DNA of 64,000 nt from an uncultured candidatus Porisulfidus sp. (lineage in GTDB: Bacteria; Pseudomonadota; Gammaproteobacteria; Poriferisulfidales; Oxydemutatoraceae), in the NCBI GenBank assembly GCA_965215125.1, contig OZ244052.1, positions 2,016,001 through 2,080,000 of the forward strand. The letters are read 5' to 3'. The first letter of the stretch is position 1; the number at the start of each line of letters is the position of its first letter. Positions 11,101 through 20,554 of this stretch are shown here, in pieces. A program made the position numbers and the translations under genes. Below the pieces are notes generated by a model, which worked only from the letters and a program-made list of their open reading frames with translations, was not told the origin of the DNA and ran no database searches.

Positions 11101-14100
11101 CGTGATAATCCATCGGTTGATCAAGATAACATATATAGAGATAGGCGATACACACTTGACACATTTAACCGACTGGGCTGCAGTTTGACCGATAGAGTAT
11201 GCGTTGGTTATGAATTGAGAAGAAGCCTGGATTTCTTTGATGATGCAAGCTATATTTTAACTTCAAACAAAATATTATGGACACAAGCGGGCGGTGGTGC
11301 CGGCTGGCAGCCGATAGGAGATCTCGGCAATCCGTTCAATACAAGATTTAATTCTACCGATACACTTGTTATTAGTAATTTATTTATCAACAGGCCCGAT
11401 GAGGATTATGTCGGTTTATTCGGTGTGACCAACGGTCAAATCTCGGGTGTGGATTTGAGAAATGTAAACATTGGTGGGCGGTTCGTAGTGGGAGGCATTG
11501 CCGGAATGTCTTTAGCATCAAGCCTAATTTCCGACAGTTCGGTAGACGGCACGGTTTCGGGTAACGATGCTTGGATCGGTGGTTTGGTCGGGACGCATTA
11601 CGGCGCAATCGTCAACAGCCATGCACGAGGCGAGGTCATCGGCGACACCAGCGTCGGTGGTTTGGCAGGTTATGCGCTCGGTCCGATCACCAATAGCTAT
11701 GCGCATAGCACCATAAGGTCTCAAGCCTATAGCGGTGGTTTGGTTGGCTATCATCAAGGACAATGGGGGATCACCAATAGTTATGCAAGCGGCAGTGTGG
11801 AGAGTGTTTTTTATGTAGGTGGTTTGGTCGGCTATAACGATGGAGGTATCATTGCCAATGCGTATGCGCTCGGTGATGTGGTCGGCGGTACCAATGTAGG
11901 TGGTTTGGTCGGTTATAACGACGGTGGGGAGATTTCTGCAACTTATGCACTCGGCAACATCACCGGCGCATATCATGTGGACGGTTTGGCGGGAGATCGA
12001 AATGGCGGTTCAATCACCGACAGTTATACCGCCATGCAACTGGAGGCTAATCTTGCCTCGTCAAACTGGTCGGCGGATAACTGGGCTACCGACGGCGCGA
12101 ATCGACCGAAGCTCAAATATGGAGGAAGTGTGTCGGGAGACGATGCAAGCGAGCGCAAAGATAGATACGGATATACCGTGTGTGGTGGTGAGAACATGCC
12201 GTCTTGCGGTGATGCAATTCCCGACCAAAATGTAGCAGTCGGCAAGTTGCTTGCATTGAGCGAATTAACTTTATCGGTGGGCACACTGGAACCGCCGTTT
12301 GATCCTTCGGTTAACGAGTACGAGCTTTTTGATATTTCCGGGCTGCAAACGACAGTGATGGCAGTAGCAAATAATACGACTGTAACCGTTGCTATAGGCT
12401 TAGGTAGTCAAACGATATCAATGAATAGTCAAGCATCGCTAACGGTTCAATTAGCCGAACTGCCGGCTGCGAACATCGTCGTCACATTGACGGCATCGGA
12501 TCAAACCACGAATACATATACGATAACCCTGCCTACGCAACCCGATTTAAGCGGTAATCCCCTAGCTTCGTGCAATGCAACGGATATAGACACGGACGAC
12601 GACGGTCTGATAGAGATTTGCGACATAGAAGGCTTATATGGAATACGTTATCAATTAAACAGGTTGCCGAGGACTTGTGGAGAAAGTGACGACGAGACAT
12701 GCAAAGGCTATGAACTGGAGCGTAATTTAGACTTTGATACCGATGTTTCATACCGTAATCCGCAGACGAACAAGGCGATATGGAGCGAGGGTAGGGGCTG
12801 GCGTCCGATCGGGACTTTTGCGAAGCCGTTTAATGTAATTTTCAATGCCAACGACCACACCATTGCAAACTTAAGGATCGATAGCACGCACCGAGACTAT
12901 GTGGGCATGTTCGGTCATATTAGTACTAATGCGAAAATAGAAGACACTGAATTGGCGGATGCGTCCGTACAAGGTAGGTCTTCGGTCGGTGCGTTGGTCG
13001 GTTCTAATGACGGTGGCACGATCATCGATAGCCATACGAGCAACGTTGCGACAACGACATTGGTAATAGGAAGCGGGATACGGGTCGGTGGTTTGGTCGG
13101 TGATCATAAAGGTATAGTTGAGCATGACAGTTATACGAGTGGCATTGTGCGAGGCAACAGGTCGGTCGGTGGCTTGGTGGGTTATTTCAGAGGACTGGAC
13201 AGCGGAGAGAATGCGTTGAATCACGGGATTATCAACAGCTATGCCGAGAGTGCCGTACACGGGAGGGTATTTAGCGGCGGTTTGGTCGGAACCAACCTCA
13301 ACAGGATCATCAACAGCTATGCGATTGGTGATGTGCAAGGTATTTACTACACCGGTGGCTTGGTGGGCTTCAATGGCGGTACCATCACGAACACCTATGC
13401 GTACGGTGATGTCAACGGTTGGGAGATTGTCGGTGGCTTGGTAGCCGACAATAGAGCCCCCGGTTCCATAGTCAATAGTTATACGATCGGTACGGTGTCG
13501 GGACAACGTTCCGTAAGTGTACTGGTCGGTAATAATAGCGGTACGATCGGCTATAGTTACGGTGTCGGTGATCTGGGTTTGGTAGCTTCGGATTTTGGTG
13601 GGACGACTACGAATAGTAATGTTGTTGTAGACTCTGCGGAACTTCAAACCTCTATCGGCGGATGGGATGCGGAAAACGAATGGAGTTTTGAGGACGGTAA
13701 ATACCCTGCCCTCAGATATAGAACGAGTGCCGGCTGCGAGAGTGATTTGTCATGCGGGCAATTGTTACGCGGACAATTGCCGGAATTGGTTTCACTAACG
13801 GTTGTAGAACCTGAGATTGCAAGATTATCTATGCAAAACGAGTTCAGCTATTTATTAAGAATTGCCGAGGATATCACTAGGATTATATTGACCTCGAAAA
13901 CCGATGATGCTACTACGGTTAGCTATAGCATAAACAATGTGGATTTCAATGCGATGGCAAGCGGAGATTCGTTGACGATTGATCCATTACCTAAGACAGC
14001 AACGGCAATTACAATCAGATTGGAGTCATCGGATGCCGGTCTCAGATCGGTAGATTATATAGTTGAGATAGAAAGAATACAAAGTATACGGGCTCTTATC

Positions 14101-14148
14101 CAAGTCAGAGTATTTTTAGAAGGCTCCTTGCGGGAAATCTCACCCTAA
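5110..14148 (+). CDS. Giant (3012 aa) secreted modular protein with GLUG-type GGLVG repeats and cadherin-like beta-sandwich domains; putative adhesin
   Basis: Sec signal peptide; five DxDxDGLI[DE]I...GYEL...[LG][DG]F...GWxPI modules; dozens of GGLVG.N...I.NSYA.G.V repeats; L.P.F.P.V.EY beta-sandwich segments. Confidence 0.8.
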   Translation: MKPLLIILFALFSTNLMAQTDIDRDGDGLIDINHLEDLDEIRHHLNGLPPACGENNNEAYRGYELIRSLGFNDDTRYLDADANKERWTTGAGWQPIGDFDNPFNALFMASTETLTISNLTIDKRSESSIGLFGVSFGGIADIHLSDVSFKGYSVVGGLVNDNQGVVNQSYRQANEAISDNGVGEAQDDLQRVSSFSEWSSANWDFTAGEYPGLQYAVGNDEDGPACETPPPDTELPNCGALLAEQRFELERIELVGAGLLPDFDLAIDNYVAGVSAETTNVMIIVRANRKDTPIRINGNVVSVDAVNVVELAEAGNTQIEVVSVAEATTYTIVVRKITLPPCHALIEFPDDNDGIAQTIDIDKNNNGLIEICDLEGLDEIRYRLNGTGYKTSADAVVIMTGCPADGCRGYELTKDLDFTDNDSYRIADNKVIWTADKDRTNSGWTPIDPRAPLTAIFEGNNHTIANLYINMNDSVTIGLFSVIRSEIRNVNLSNVDINGFTIVGGLVGLNGGLIINSRMTGSVSATLSNLGGLVGVNGVNAEISNSSASGTVTGPATVGGLVGLNISIIRNSFASGIVTGTDSVGGLSGITGNDGLVINSHADSTVNGTEMDDTGIGGLIGTSSGFIMGSHASGAVNVDAQGNDTGVGGLVGQNSSLIINSYATGATRGHSSVGGLVGLSEEGMSGSLMTIINSYATGDASGTGNNNKNIGGLIGHNNKARIINTYAEGDVSGISNAGGLIGLSTSGTIENSYTIGAVRGTGDDNKNIGGMVGATSDTVIITASYWNRDTGGQATSASGTSKTRMELQSPTAPGSTSTEIYYNWNPDYPAHADWDFGDSQTYPALRYAVGPDEDNAACDDDPDTILPQCSLLLPDQPGRDRGLDFVFFLLDADDAILELEPSLSPLVNEYKLFVAGDLNTIRLRPFAVNGGATTIKIIKDEESPEENYFAGMNSGDTSSTITLDDATTPLVVTVAETINSLEIENVYRFGITKVSPSDISEITVFENGNMDTDDTVDEGSQITLSPTIDNGTGNYRYEVRIDGEPTEPVTRSSSSITIKLPTNLVSGDELVEFKLVVEEFFSRFSIITSATKVLTVRQIDNGSPDIEFGVNADELFVSIKDPDGDGTASYRWQRLNYDNGNPQWVDLPSETNGTLNPSPEVNAVLNPTASLRYRVEVTYRDAQGYETVELVHFAYRQEADDDNDGLIEIYYLEDLDAIRYQFDGSGYRGSSVANKIIRGCPDDGCIGYELARSLDFNDDASYVSTANKVIWTADKEKTNVGWPPIDSISTSIIVILDGNGRAISNLYIDQSIPFAGLFGRVINPKSEIRNIRLLDVDIQGTFSVGGLVALNAGYISNSRITGSISGSENGIGGLIGTNSGEIKASSASGTVTGNTRVGGLIGDNSAIVIDSYSDSTVNGTEDNNENIGGLAGRNLGLIVGSYASGSVEGRNDVGGLVGFNDADSSSIGRIFNSYASGNASGTEDDNQNIGGLVGINKGVITNTYAAGNVSGVSNAGGLIGLSERGMIKNSYTIGAVSGTGDDNQNIGGIVGATSGTVTIVASYWRDTGGQATSVGSTNKTAMELQSPTAPGSTSTEIYYNWNPDYPAHADWDFGDSQTYPALRYAVGPDEDNAACDDDPDTILPQCSLLLPDQPGRDRGLDFVFFLPDLNNAIIEQQPSFSPLVDEYKLFVAGNLNTIQLRPFAVNGGATAIKIIKDEESPEENYFAGMNSGDTSGEITLNDMTTTLIVTTADTINGIGDESTYRFTIEKVLPLVISDIEIVSPNNDGTVNEGIDITLHPKVTGGIGNYRYKVETTPTVTFVSQTPSAVKIRFAANLVPADKTTRSAIIKLTVTETIDNKLYSANRTKRIVVKRINNGNPILTPLVRQNNLLDVTIFLGNGDPDGGLPGITDTRWRRLDYNDGNPQWTDITTFSRFPHRTGYQVPSNELVTTRYRVDVTHTDGQSYQFSRSFWFRFTLDDDDDGLIDIYYLEDLDAIRDNPSVDQDNIYRDRRYTLDTFNRLGCSLTDRVCVGYELRRSLDFFDDASYILTSNKILWTQAGGGAGWQPIGDLGNPFNTRFNSTDTLVISNLFINRPDEDYVGLFGVTNGQISGVDLRNVNIGGRFVVGGIAGMSLASSLISDSSVDGTVSGNDAWIGGLVGTHYGAIVNSHARGEVIGDTSVGGLAGYALGPITNSYAHSTIRSQAYSGGLVGYHQGQWGITNSYASGSVESVFYVGGLVGYNDGGIIANAYALGDVVGGTNVGGLVGYNDGGEISATYALGNITGAYHVDGLAGDRNGGSITDSYTAMQLEANLASSNWSADNWATDGANRPKLKYGGSVSGDDASERKDRYGYTVCGGENMPSCGDAIPDQNVAVGKLLALSELTLSVGTLEPPFDPSVNEYELFDISGLQTTVMAVANNTTVTVAIGLGSQTISMNSQASLTVQLAELPAANIVVTLTASDQTTNTYTITLPTQPDLSGNPLASCNATDIDTDDDGLIEICDIEGLYGIRYQLNRLPRTCGESDDETCKGYELERNLDFDTDVSYRNPQTNKAIWSEGRGWRPIGTFAKPFNVIFNANDHTIANLRIDSTHRDYVGMFGHISTNAKIEDTELADASVQGRSSVGALVGSNDGGTIIDSHTSNVATTTLVIGSGIRVGGLVGDHKGIVEHDSYTSGIVRGNRSVGGLVGYFRGLDSGENALNHGIINSYAESAVHGRVFSGGLVGTNLNRIINSYAIGDVQGIYYTGGLVGFNGGTITNTYAYGDVNGWEIVGGLVADNRAPGSIVNSYTIGTVSGQRSVSVLVGNNSGTIGYSYGVGDLGLVASDFGGTTTNSNVVVDSAELQTSIGGWDAENEWSFEDGKYPALRYRTSAGCESDLSCGQLLRGQLPELVSLTVVEPEIARLSMQNEFSYLLRIAEDITRIILTSKTDDATTVSYSINNVDFNAMASGDSLTIDPLPKTATAITIRLESSDAGLRSVDYIVEIERIQSIRALIQVRVFLEGSLREISP
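7184..10360 (+). repeat. Intragenic direct repeat (~7184-8030 vs ~9521-10360)
   Basis: Near-identical DNA core, e.g. ...GAGATTTATTACAACTGGAATCC.GACTATCCGGCACATGCCGATTGGGATTTCGGAGACTCGCAGACC... in both copies; offset ~2337 bp. Confidence 0.9.
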
Positions 14149-14174
14149 TACAGAAAATTTTTACCCATTGATTC

Positions 14175-14482
14175 GGGGCTGTTGAAAAAGTATCCACGAA
14201 CTGTAGGACGGTACATTCCCCTCCTTGTAGGGGCGGACTCGTATGTCCGCCCTTAGGGTGGCAGGCTGTGCCTGACGGGGTGGTTGTCAAATATGGAAAC
14301 CATCATCGGGTGGCGCAAAGCGATCGGATTTGTGCAAGTATTAAACTTTAGGACGGACATCATTGAATTGTCGATTGAACCAGTAGGTCAATCGGCAGTG
14401 CTATCCTACCTCTGCGGTAAGTAAACATAAATTGGGTGGGTAAACACATTATTCGTGCAAAACGATATTTTTTCAATACTCC
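14175..14482. repeat. Composite intergenic repeat (IS-like end, CCCCTCC module, nested GTAG-REP, GCCGATT hairpin)
   Basis: GGGGCTGTTGAAAAAGTATCC..ATTCCCCTCCTT-GTAGGGGCGGACTCGTATGTCCGCCC-TTAGGGTGGCAGG..CCTGACGGGGTGGT; degenerate right arm ..TTTTTTCAATACTCC. Confidence 0.8.
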
Positions 14483-14661
14483 GATTCCTGCGAATCACAA
14501 CCGCTGACCTTAGCTCATTTTTATGGGTGTTTGCCGTTGCGATACATTTTTTAATTTTTTAAGAGCAGATTGGATAAGGTCGGCTTAAACGGTTTGTATC
14601 CGTCATAGTTGAGTAGGCGACGAATATCTAGTATCCTTTTATAACTTCCTAAAGTTTTTAC

Positions 14662-14748
14662 GGAGAGGTGGCCGAGTGGTTGAAGGCATCGGTCTTGAAA
14701 ACCGAAGATCGCGCAAGCGGTCCGGGGGTTCGAATCCCTCCCTCTCCG
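14662..14748 (+). tRNA. tRNA-Ser (anticodon UGA)
   Basis: GGAGAGG/CCTCTCC acceptor stem, TGGCCGAGTGG D-arm, TCGGT-CT-TGA-AA-ACCGA anticodon arm, long variable arm, GGTTCGAATCC T-arm; 3' end reads CCG, so CCA is not encoded. Confidence 0.96.
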
Positions 14749-14862
14749 CCGATATTGCAAGAAGCTAACAATATGGAATTCCTTATTATCATTTAACCGC
14801 AAAAATCATAATATAAACTCATTCAACCTACAGATCGGATTCCTATAGCCTAGATATATTAT

Positions 14863-16164
14863 TTATCGGTTGGGTGTCGCTTTGCTTAGCTTAGGTAATG
14901 TTTCTTGTCCCCAATAGCACACGAGCAAGCCGGACAAAAACATAGATACAACGACCACCCAGAAAGTACTCGTAATTGCACCGTGGATATCGGCGGTTAA
15001 ACCCAAAACGAGCGCGCCGATTCCGTATCCTAAATCGCGCCAGAAACGATAAACGCCGATAGCCGAGCCGCGCCAATTCGGATGGCTGATGTCGTTGACG
15101 GCAGCACTCAGATTAGGATACAACAAAGCCATGCCTAGTCCGGTGATCGCTGCGCTGAGAGACCACCACATTATGTCGTCACCGTATAATTTCATCGCAA
15201 CACCAACGGCGCAAATCCACATTCCCGAGACGATAGGCTTCATACGCCCGATATGGTCGGAAAGTTTTCCGGTCACGGTTTGCAGTGTTCCCCAGACGAA
15301 ACCATAAATGCCGACGACGATACCGATATGGAATAAGCTCAAACCCTGTTCGTATAAATAGACGGGATAGAATACCCAAATGAGCGTATCTACGAATTTT
15401 TCTATCAATCCGGCTTGACTAAAAGTCATCATTCTGCGATCTTGCCAACTCACCCAGACAAAAACCTCCCAAGTAGTCGGTGTGTCGGGGATTGAACGAG
15501 AACCGTAGCAGTATCGGTGTATATTATTTTCCTTTTGCCGACTGCGTGCTTCGGTGTGCATCCACGGCAGTGTTTCCAGTACCCAAACCCAAGCGAATAT
15601 TAATGCCAATGAAATAACTACGATACCGAAAAGTAACAATGCTTCGCGTGGTGGTAGAAGTTCGGACAGATAACCGGTCAGTACACCGGCGATGGCAACT
15701 CCCAAATAGCCGGCAAATTCGTTCAAGCCGATAGCGAGACCGCGTTGATTCAAATGCGTGATATCCATTTTAGAAGTCTGCGTCATAGACCAGCACAGGC
15801 CTTGATTGATGCCGAGTAATATCGTAGAAGCAATAATCCAATTCCAGCCGGGTGCATAAAAGATCATCCACGGCACCGGCAGTGCGGTTATCCAACCGGC
15901 GATTAAAACCGATTTGCGTCCCATCCGCTCGGAAAGGCGGCCGGCAACAAAGTTCAATGTTCCTTTAACAAAACCGAATGTAATGACAAATGCGGAGAGT
16001 AAAGTAAAAGCGTCTTCCGGCATCCTGAATTCGGTTTCGGCTAGTACCGGTACGACGGTGCGCATCACTCCCCATGCCATACCGACGAAGAATACCTGTA
16101 ACAGTAGATGTGTGAACTGCAATCGGTTCGATGCGATGCCGTGCTGATATGTGATTTCTGCCAT
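14863..16164 (-). CDS. MFS transporter
   Basis: About 12 hydrophobic segments, motif A in both halves (GRLSERMGRK, GKLSDHIGR). Confidence 0.9.
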   Translation of the reverse strand: MAEITYQHGIASNRLQFTHLLLQVFFVGMAWGVMRTVVPVLAETEFRMPEDAFTLLSAFVITFGFVKGTLNFVAGRLSERMGRKSVLIAGWITALPVPWMIFYAPGWNWIIASTILLGINQGLCWSMTQTSKMDITHLNQRGLAIGLNEFAGYLGVAIAGVLTGYLSELLPPREALLLFGIVVISLALIFAWVWVLETLPWMHTEARSRQKENNIHRYCYGSRSIPDTPTTWEVFVWVSWQDRRMMTFSQAGLIEKFVDTLIWVFYPVYLYEQGLSLFHIGIVVGIYGFVWGTLQTVTGKLSDHIGRMKPIVSGMWICAVGVAMKLYGDDIMWWSLSAAITGLGMALLYPNLSAAVNDISHPNWRGSAIGVYRFWRDLGYGIGALVLGLTADIHGAITSTFWVVVVSMFLSGLLVCYWGQETLPKLSKATPNR

Positions 16165-16234
16165 GATTAAATAGTTCGTGTCTCCAGCGAGAAAATAAGG
16201 AACTATTCTACTATAGTGATTCTTTTTAGATACA

Positions 16235-16308
16235 GACCATTCCCCTCCTGTGGAGGGGTGGCAGGCGCAATAGAACCGCCGATTAAGCAGTAGGTTAATC
16301 GGCGGTTC
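16235..16308. repeat. CCCCTCC module fused to GAACCGCCGATT hairpin; possible terminator-like structure after pstB
   Basis: ATTCCCCTCCTGTGGAGGGGTGGCAGGCGCAA-TAGAACCGCCGATTAA-N8-TTAATCGGCGGTTC (14-bp perfect stem), 5 nt from the pstB stop. Confidence 0.8.
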
Positions 16309-16313
16309 ATATA

Positions 16314-17087
16314 TTAGCCGAAGCGCCCGGTAATATATTGTTCGGTTAGAGTCTCTTTAGGATTTGTGAATATCTCTTCGGTGTCTGCCAATTCAATTAG
16401 AGCACCCAAATGAAAATAAGCGGTTGTTTGCGATACGCGGGCTGCTTGTTGCATAGAATGTGTGACGATAGCAATCGTATAATTTTGTTTTAATTCGTCT
16501 ATTAATTCTTCTATTTTAGCGGTTGCGATGGGGTCTAGAGCGGAACACGGCTCATCCATTAGCACGACTTCGGGATTGATAGAGATCGCCCGTGCGATAC
16601 ATAGACGTTGTTGTTGTCCACCCGAGAGACTGGTTCCGGTTTCTTCTAAACGATCTTTTACTTCATTCCATAGTCCGGCTTTTTCCAAACTCGCATGAAC
16701 GATTTCGTCGAGTACGTGTTGATCGGAGACTAGACCGTGAATACGCGGACCGTAAGCGATATTGTCGTAAATGGACTTAGGAAATGGGTTGGGTTTTTGA
16801 AAAACCATGCCGACTCTGGCTCGCAATTCCACTACATCTATGCCGTCGTTGATATTAATATCATTGAGAAATATCTCACCGGTGATCCGGCAATCGTCTA
16901 TGGTGTCGTTCATTCTATTGAGACAACGCAAGAATGTGGATTTGCCACAACCGGATGGTCCGATCATTGCGATCACTTCGTTGCGTTTTATATCCAGACT
17001 GACATCGTCGATTGCTTGCTTTTTGCCGTAATATACATTTAAGTTTTTGACTTTAATGCAGATATTGCTCTGTGTTTCTTCGGTCAT
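16314..17087 (-). CDS. pstB: Phosphate ABC transporter ATPase
   Basis: [47 protein letters not shown]. Confidence 0.97.
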   Translation of the reverse strand: MTEETQSNICIKVKNLNVYYGKKQAIDDVSLDIKRNEVIAMIGPSGCGKSTFLRCLNRMNDTIDDCRITGEIFLNDININDGIDVVELRARVGMVFQKPNPFPKSIYDNIAYGPRIHGLVSDQHVLDEIVHASLEKAGLWNEVKDRLEETGTSLSGGQQQRLCIARAISINPEVVLMDEPCSALDPIATAKIEELIDELKQNYTIAIVTHSMQQAARVSQTTAYFHLGALIELADTEEIFTNPKETLTEQYITGRFG

Positions 17088-17097
17088 AGAGGTGTAT

Positions 17098-18369
17098 TCA
17101 GTATTTTACTTCAAGTGCTTTTCTGGCCAATACCGCCAGTAGGTTCATTGCTATCAGAAACAATAATAGCACTACGATTGCACCTGCGGTGCGGTCTACA
17201 AAAGCGCGTTCGGGGCTGTCTGCCCACAGGTATATCTGTACCGGTAATGCCGTGGCGGGGTCGGTCATGCCTTGGGGAATATCAACGATGAATGCCATCA
17301 TTCCTATAATCAGCAACGGGGCACTTTCCCCTAGTGCTTGCGCCATGCCGATAATGCTACCGGTTAATATACTAGGCATTGCCAAAGGCAACACATGTTG
17401 TGTTGTCGCCTGCATATCGGATGCGCCTAAAGCGAGTGCACCTTCGCGTATAGAAGGCGGTACCGATTTTAGTGCTGCGCGCGCGGCGATAATAATCGTG
17501 GGCAGAGTCATCAGGCTTAGGACTAAGCCTCCTACCAGAGGCGTTGATCTCGGTAGATTAAAAAAGTTTAGGAAAATTACCAAACCTAGTAAACCGAAGA
17601 TTATAGAAGGCACTGCGGCCAAATTATTGATATTGATTTCTATAAAATCGGTGTAGCGATTTTTGGGAGCAAATTCCTCCAAGTAAATTGCCGTAGCGAT
17701 ACCGAGTGGAAAAGAGATTAGAAACGCGACTAGCAAAGCATAGAAAGAACCGACGATTGCACCCAATATGCCGGCGCGTTCGGGATCACGCGAATCGCCG
17801 TTGGTAAAGAAGTTGATATTGAATTTCAATTTAACACGATCTTGCGAGACGAGCTGTTCCGTCCATGCAACCTGTTTTTCGTTGAGTCTAAATGTTCTTC
17901 TGGTAGCAGGCGAATCTCCGCTTTTCATATAGCCATCCAGTTCGTCATCGGCGAGTATATCCAGAGATACCGTCTGCCCCGATGTTTTCGGCAAGTTTTG
18001 AATTATCTCTATGACTTCATATTTGGCACCGTTGCTGATTAATTTTCCTAACGCAAGTTTATCGCCTCTGGACTGGACATCGGGAAACAACCCGTACAGT
18101 GCGGTCTTGATAACATTTTGAACATACAAACTTGATACCGTTTGTTGTCCGCGCACATCGGCGGGAAGGTCGATGTCCAGCTGTATATAGGTCTGTTGAA
18201 AAGCGTTTCTCGCCTGGTAGATTAATCCGCCTATGATGAGCACCAACAGCAATATACCGATTAGTGTGGTAATCATAGCCGCGAGTTTAAACAGTTTCTC
18301 GGTGTAATAACGCCGTCCTAAACCATGTTTTATTTTTTCTATATACGATATGTCGGTACTTTTATTCAT
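17098..18369 (-). CDS. pstA: Phosphate ABC transporter permease
   Basis: [46 protein letters not shown]. Confidence 0.95.
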   Translation of the reverse strand: MNKSTDISYIEKIKHGLGRRYYTEKLFKLAAMITTLIGILLLVLIIGGLIYQARNAFQQTYIQLDIDLPADVRGQQTVSSLYVQNVIKTALYGLFPDVQSRGDKLALGKLISNGAKYEVIEIIQNLPKTSGQTVSLDILADDELDGYMKSGDSPATRRTFRLNEKQVAWTEQLVSQDRVKLKFNINFFTNGDSRDPERAGILGAIVGSFYALLVAFLISFPLGIATAIYLEEFAPKNRYTDFIEININNLAAVPSIIFGLLGLVIFLNFFNLPRSTPLVGGLVLSLMTLPTIIIAARAALKSVPPSIREGALALGASDMQATTQHVLPLAMPSILTGSIIGMAQALGESAPLLIIGMMAFIVDIPQGMTDPATALPVQIYLWADSPERAFVDRTAGAIVVLLLFLIAMNLLAVLARKALEVKY

Positions 18370-19606
18370 ATTGCTCCCTGTATGTTTTTAAGATCTTTAA
18401 TGCAACGATGTTGAGCATCAGTGTCGCCAAGAACAAAGTCAATCCCAAAGCAAAAGCAGCCAATGTTTTGGCACTGTCAAATTCGTGATCCCCGATGAGT
18501 AGAGAAACAATCTGTACGGTCACGGTGGTGGTACTGTCAAGCGGATTACCGGTCAATTTGGCGGACATGCCCGCCGCCATCACAACAATCATAGTCTCGC
18601 CGATTGCTCTAGAGACTGCCAATAAGATACCTCCCATAATACCCGGTATCGCTGCCGGTAGTACAACTTTGGTTATGGTTTCCGAATGTGTGGCACCGAG
18701 CGCGTACGAACTATCGCGCAAGGTTCTGGGCACGGCGTGTAAGGCGTCGTCGGTGAACGAGCATATAAACGGTATTAGCATGATTCCCATTGCCAACCCG
18801 GCGGCTAAAGCACTTTCCGACGAGGCTTCCAAGCCGAATGCCTCGGCGGTATTTTTAATGAAAGGGGAAAGCCATAAAACTGCGATGAAGCCGTAGACCA
18901 CGGTTGGTATGCCGGCTAAAATCTCAAGCAAAGGTTTGATGGAATTTCTGATATGCGAACCCGCATATTCGGCAAGAAAGATAGCCGACATCAAACCTAC
19001 AGGTAAGGCTAGTGTCATCGCCACTACGGTTATCAGCAAGGTGCCGGCGAATAATGGGATCGCACCGAAAGCACCCGAGGCACCGACTTGGTCTTCGCGT
19101 ATCGCAGTTTGCGGACTCCAGTGCAAACTGAAAAATTCACTAATCGGTACTAAATTAAAAAACTTAATAGATTCAAATAGTACCGACAACACGATACCTA
19201 TAGTGGTCAAGATGGCGATGGTAGAAGCGGAGATCAGTAGCCAGGTCAACATTTTTTCAATCGCTTTGCGCGTATTGTGTCTATTGTTAATGCACTGCCA
19301 TCCCCACATAGCACCTACGAGTAAGACACCGATACACAGAGTCATAAGCACCGGAAACGGACCTGTTTCTATGGCATCTTTGACGGTGGTAGGCAAATAA
19401 TCACCCCATAGAAACCATCCGACTAAGATAATCATCGGCGGCACGCTACTCCACAGTGCGGTATGCCACGCATAATAGACGGGTGCCGATTTAACAACGC
19501 GACTATCGTGACTTTGCAGTTGTATCGCTTTAGCGCGCCGTCCTGCAAAAAAATATATCAAAGTAGATAGCGATAGTAGAAGGATAGCTAGTTCTATATT
19601 ATTCAT
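18362..19606 (-). CDS. pstC: Phosphate ABC transporter permease
   Basis: KPLLEILAGIPTVVYGF, SRAIGETMIV; start probably ATG 19606 rather than 19657. Confidence 0.95.
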   Translation of the reverse strand: MNNIELAILLLSLSTLIYFFAGRRAKAIQLQSHDSRVVKSAPVYYAWHTALWSSVPPMIILVGWFLWGDYLPTTVKDAIETGPFPVLMTLCIGVLLVGAMWGWQCINNRHNTRKAIEKMLTWLLISASTIAILTTIGIVLSVLFESIKFFNLVPISEFFSLHWSPQTAIREDQVGASGAFGAIPLFAGTLLITVVAMTLALPVGLMSAIFLAEYAGSHIRNSIKPLLEILAGIPTVVYGFIAVLWLSPFIKNTAEAFGLEASSESALAAGLAMGIMLIPFICSFTDDALHAVPRTLRDSSYALGATHSETITKVVLPAAIPGIMGGILLAVSRAIGETMIVVMAAGMSAKLTGNPLDSTTTVTVQIVSLLIGDHEFDSAKTLAAFALGLTLFLATLMLNIVALKILKTYREQYE

Positions 19607-19720
19607 AACTATAAGATAGGTGATAGTCGGGTAATGGAAACCACTACTATAATCCATTGCCTATTATACAAAAAAACTGTTAAGCTAATTTTGTTCATTT
19701 AATAATTATGTGTCGGGTAT

Positions 19721-19738
19721 TTGACAAATGTGTGAAAA
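19721..19738 (-). promoter_or_regulatory. Candidate Pho box
   Basis: Minus strand TTTTCAC-ACAT-TTGTCAA is an 11-bp periodic, imperfect match to CTGTCAY-N4-CTGTCAY, between divergent pstC and phoU. Confidence 0.4.
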
Positions 19739-19830
19739 TCCGAATTTTTTTACTAAAAATAGTCTTTTTGTTATGCTTATTGGCATATACTAATATCATT
19801 TAAGACCGATACTGAGAGCTTAATCTACCC

Positions 19831-20532
19831 ATGAATGATAATTTACCCGACCATAGTGTTGCTCAATTCGAAAAGGAAATAAACGATCTTAGGAGCTTGG
19901 TTTTACGCATGGCAGGGGCTGTGGAACAACGCGTTGTCGCAGTTGTGGAAGCTATGACCGAAAATAATTCCGTTCGGGCACAATGGGTTATAGATTCGGA
20001 TAACGAGATCAATAATCTGGAACGCGAAGTCGATGAAATGTGTGTAGGTATTATGGCACGTAGGCAACCCGTTGCGATTGATTTACGATTGGTGATTACC
20101 ACACTCAAGCTGACTACCGACCTTGAACGTATCGGAGACGAAACACAACGTATCGCAAAAGTAATCAGAAATTTAAATTTTGCGACTACGCCCGATCAAA
20201 TGAAACAGACATTCAAGGAATTAGGTACAAGAGTGACAAAGATGCTACACGATGTCATAGACAGTTTTGCACGCAACGATGTGGAACTCTCGGGTCGCAT
20301 TTTCAAACAGGATAAGTATGCCGACCAGCACTATAAAACTTTACTGGAAGACCAGCTTCCCGACTTTATAAACGATAATACGCATCATATTCCTTATGTA
20401 TTAGATCTGATTTGGTGTGCGCGTAGCCTGGAGCGTATCGGCGATCATTCAAAAAATGTAGCGGAACACGTTATCTATATGGTTGAAGCCACGGACGTGC
20501 GGCACCGTAAAGTATCGTCTCCGAGCGTATAA
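19831..20532 (+). CDS. phoU: Phosphate signalling protein PhoU
   Basis: QPVAIDLR, DLERIGD and SLERIGDH repeats. Confidence 0.96.
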   Translation: MNDNLPDHSVAQFEKEINDLRSLVLRMAGAVEQRVVAVVEAMTENNSVRAQWVIDSDNEINNLEREVDEMCVGIMARRQPVAIDLRLVITTLKLTTDLERIGDETQRIAKVIRNLNFATTPDQMKQTFKELGTRVTKMLHDVIDSFARNDVELSGRIFKQDKYADQHYKTLLEDQLPDFINDNTHHIPYVLDLIWCARSLERIGDHSKNVAEHVIYMVEATDVRHRKVSSPSV

Positions 20533-20554
20533 TCCTTTTGCAGGGAAAAAATGT

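Noticed and set aside
14662-14751. tRNA-Ser as an island attachment site; missing CCA as a sign of a pseudogene
   Set aside because: No duplicated 3' end or integrase in the window; the cloverleaf is intact and CCA can be added enzymatically
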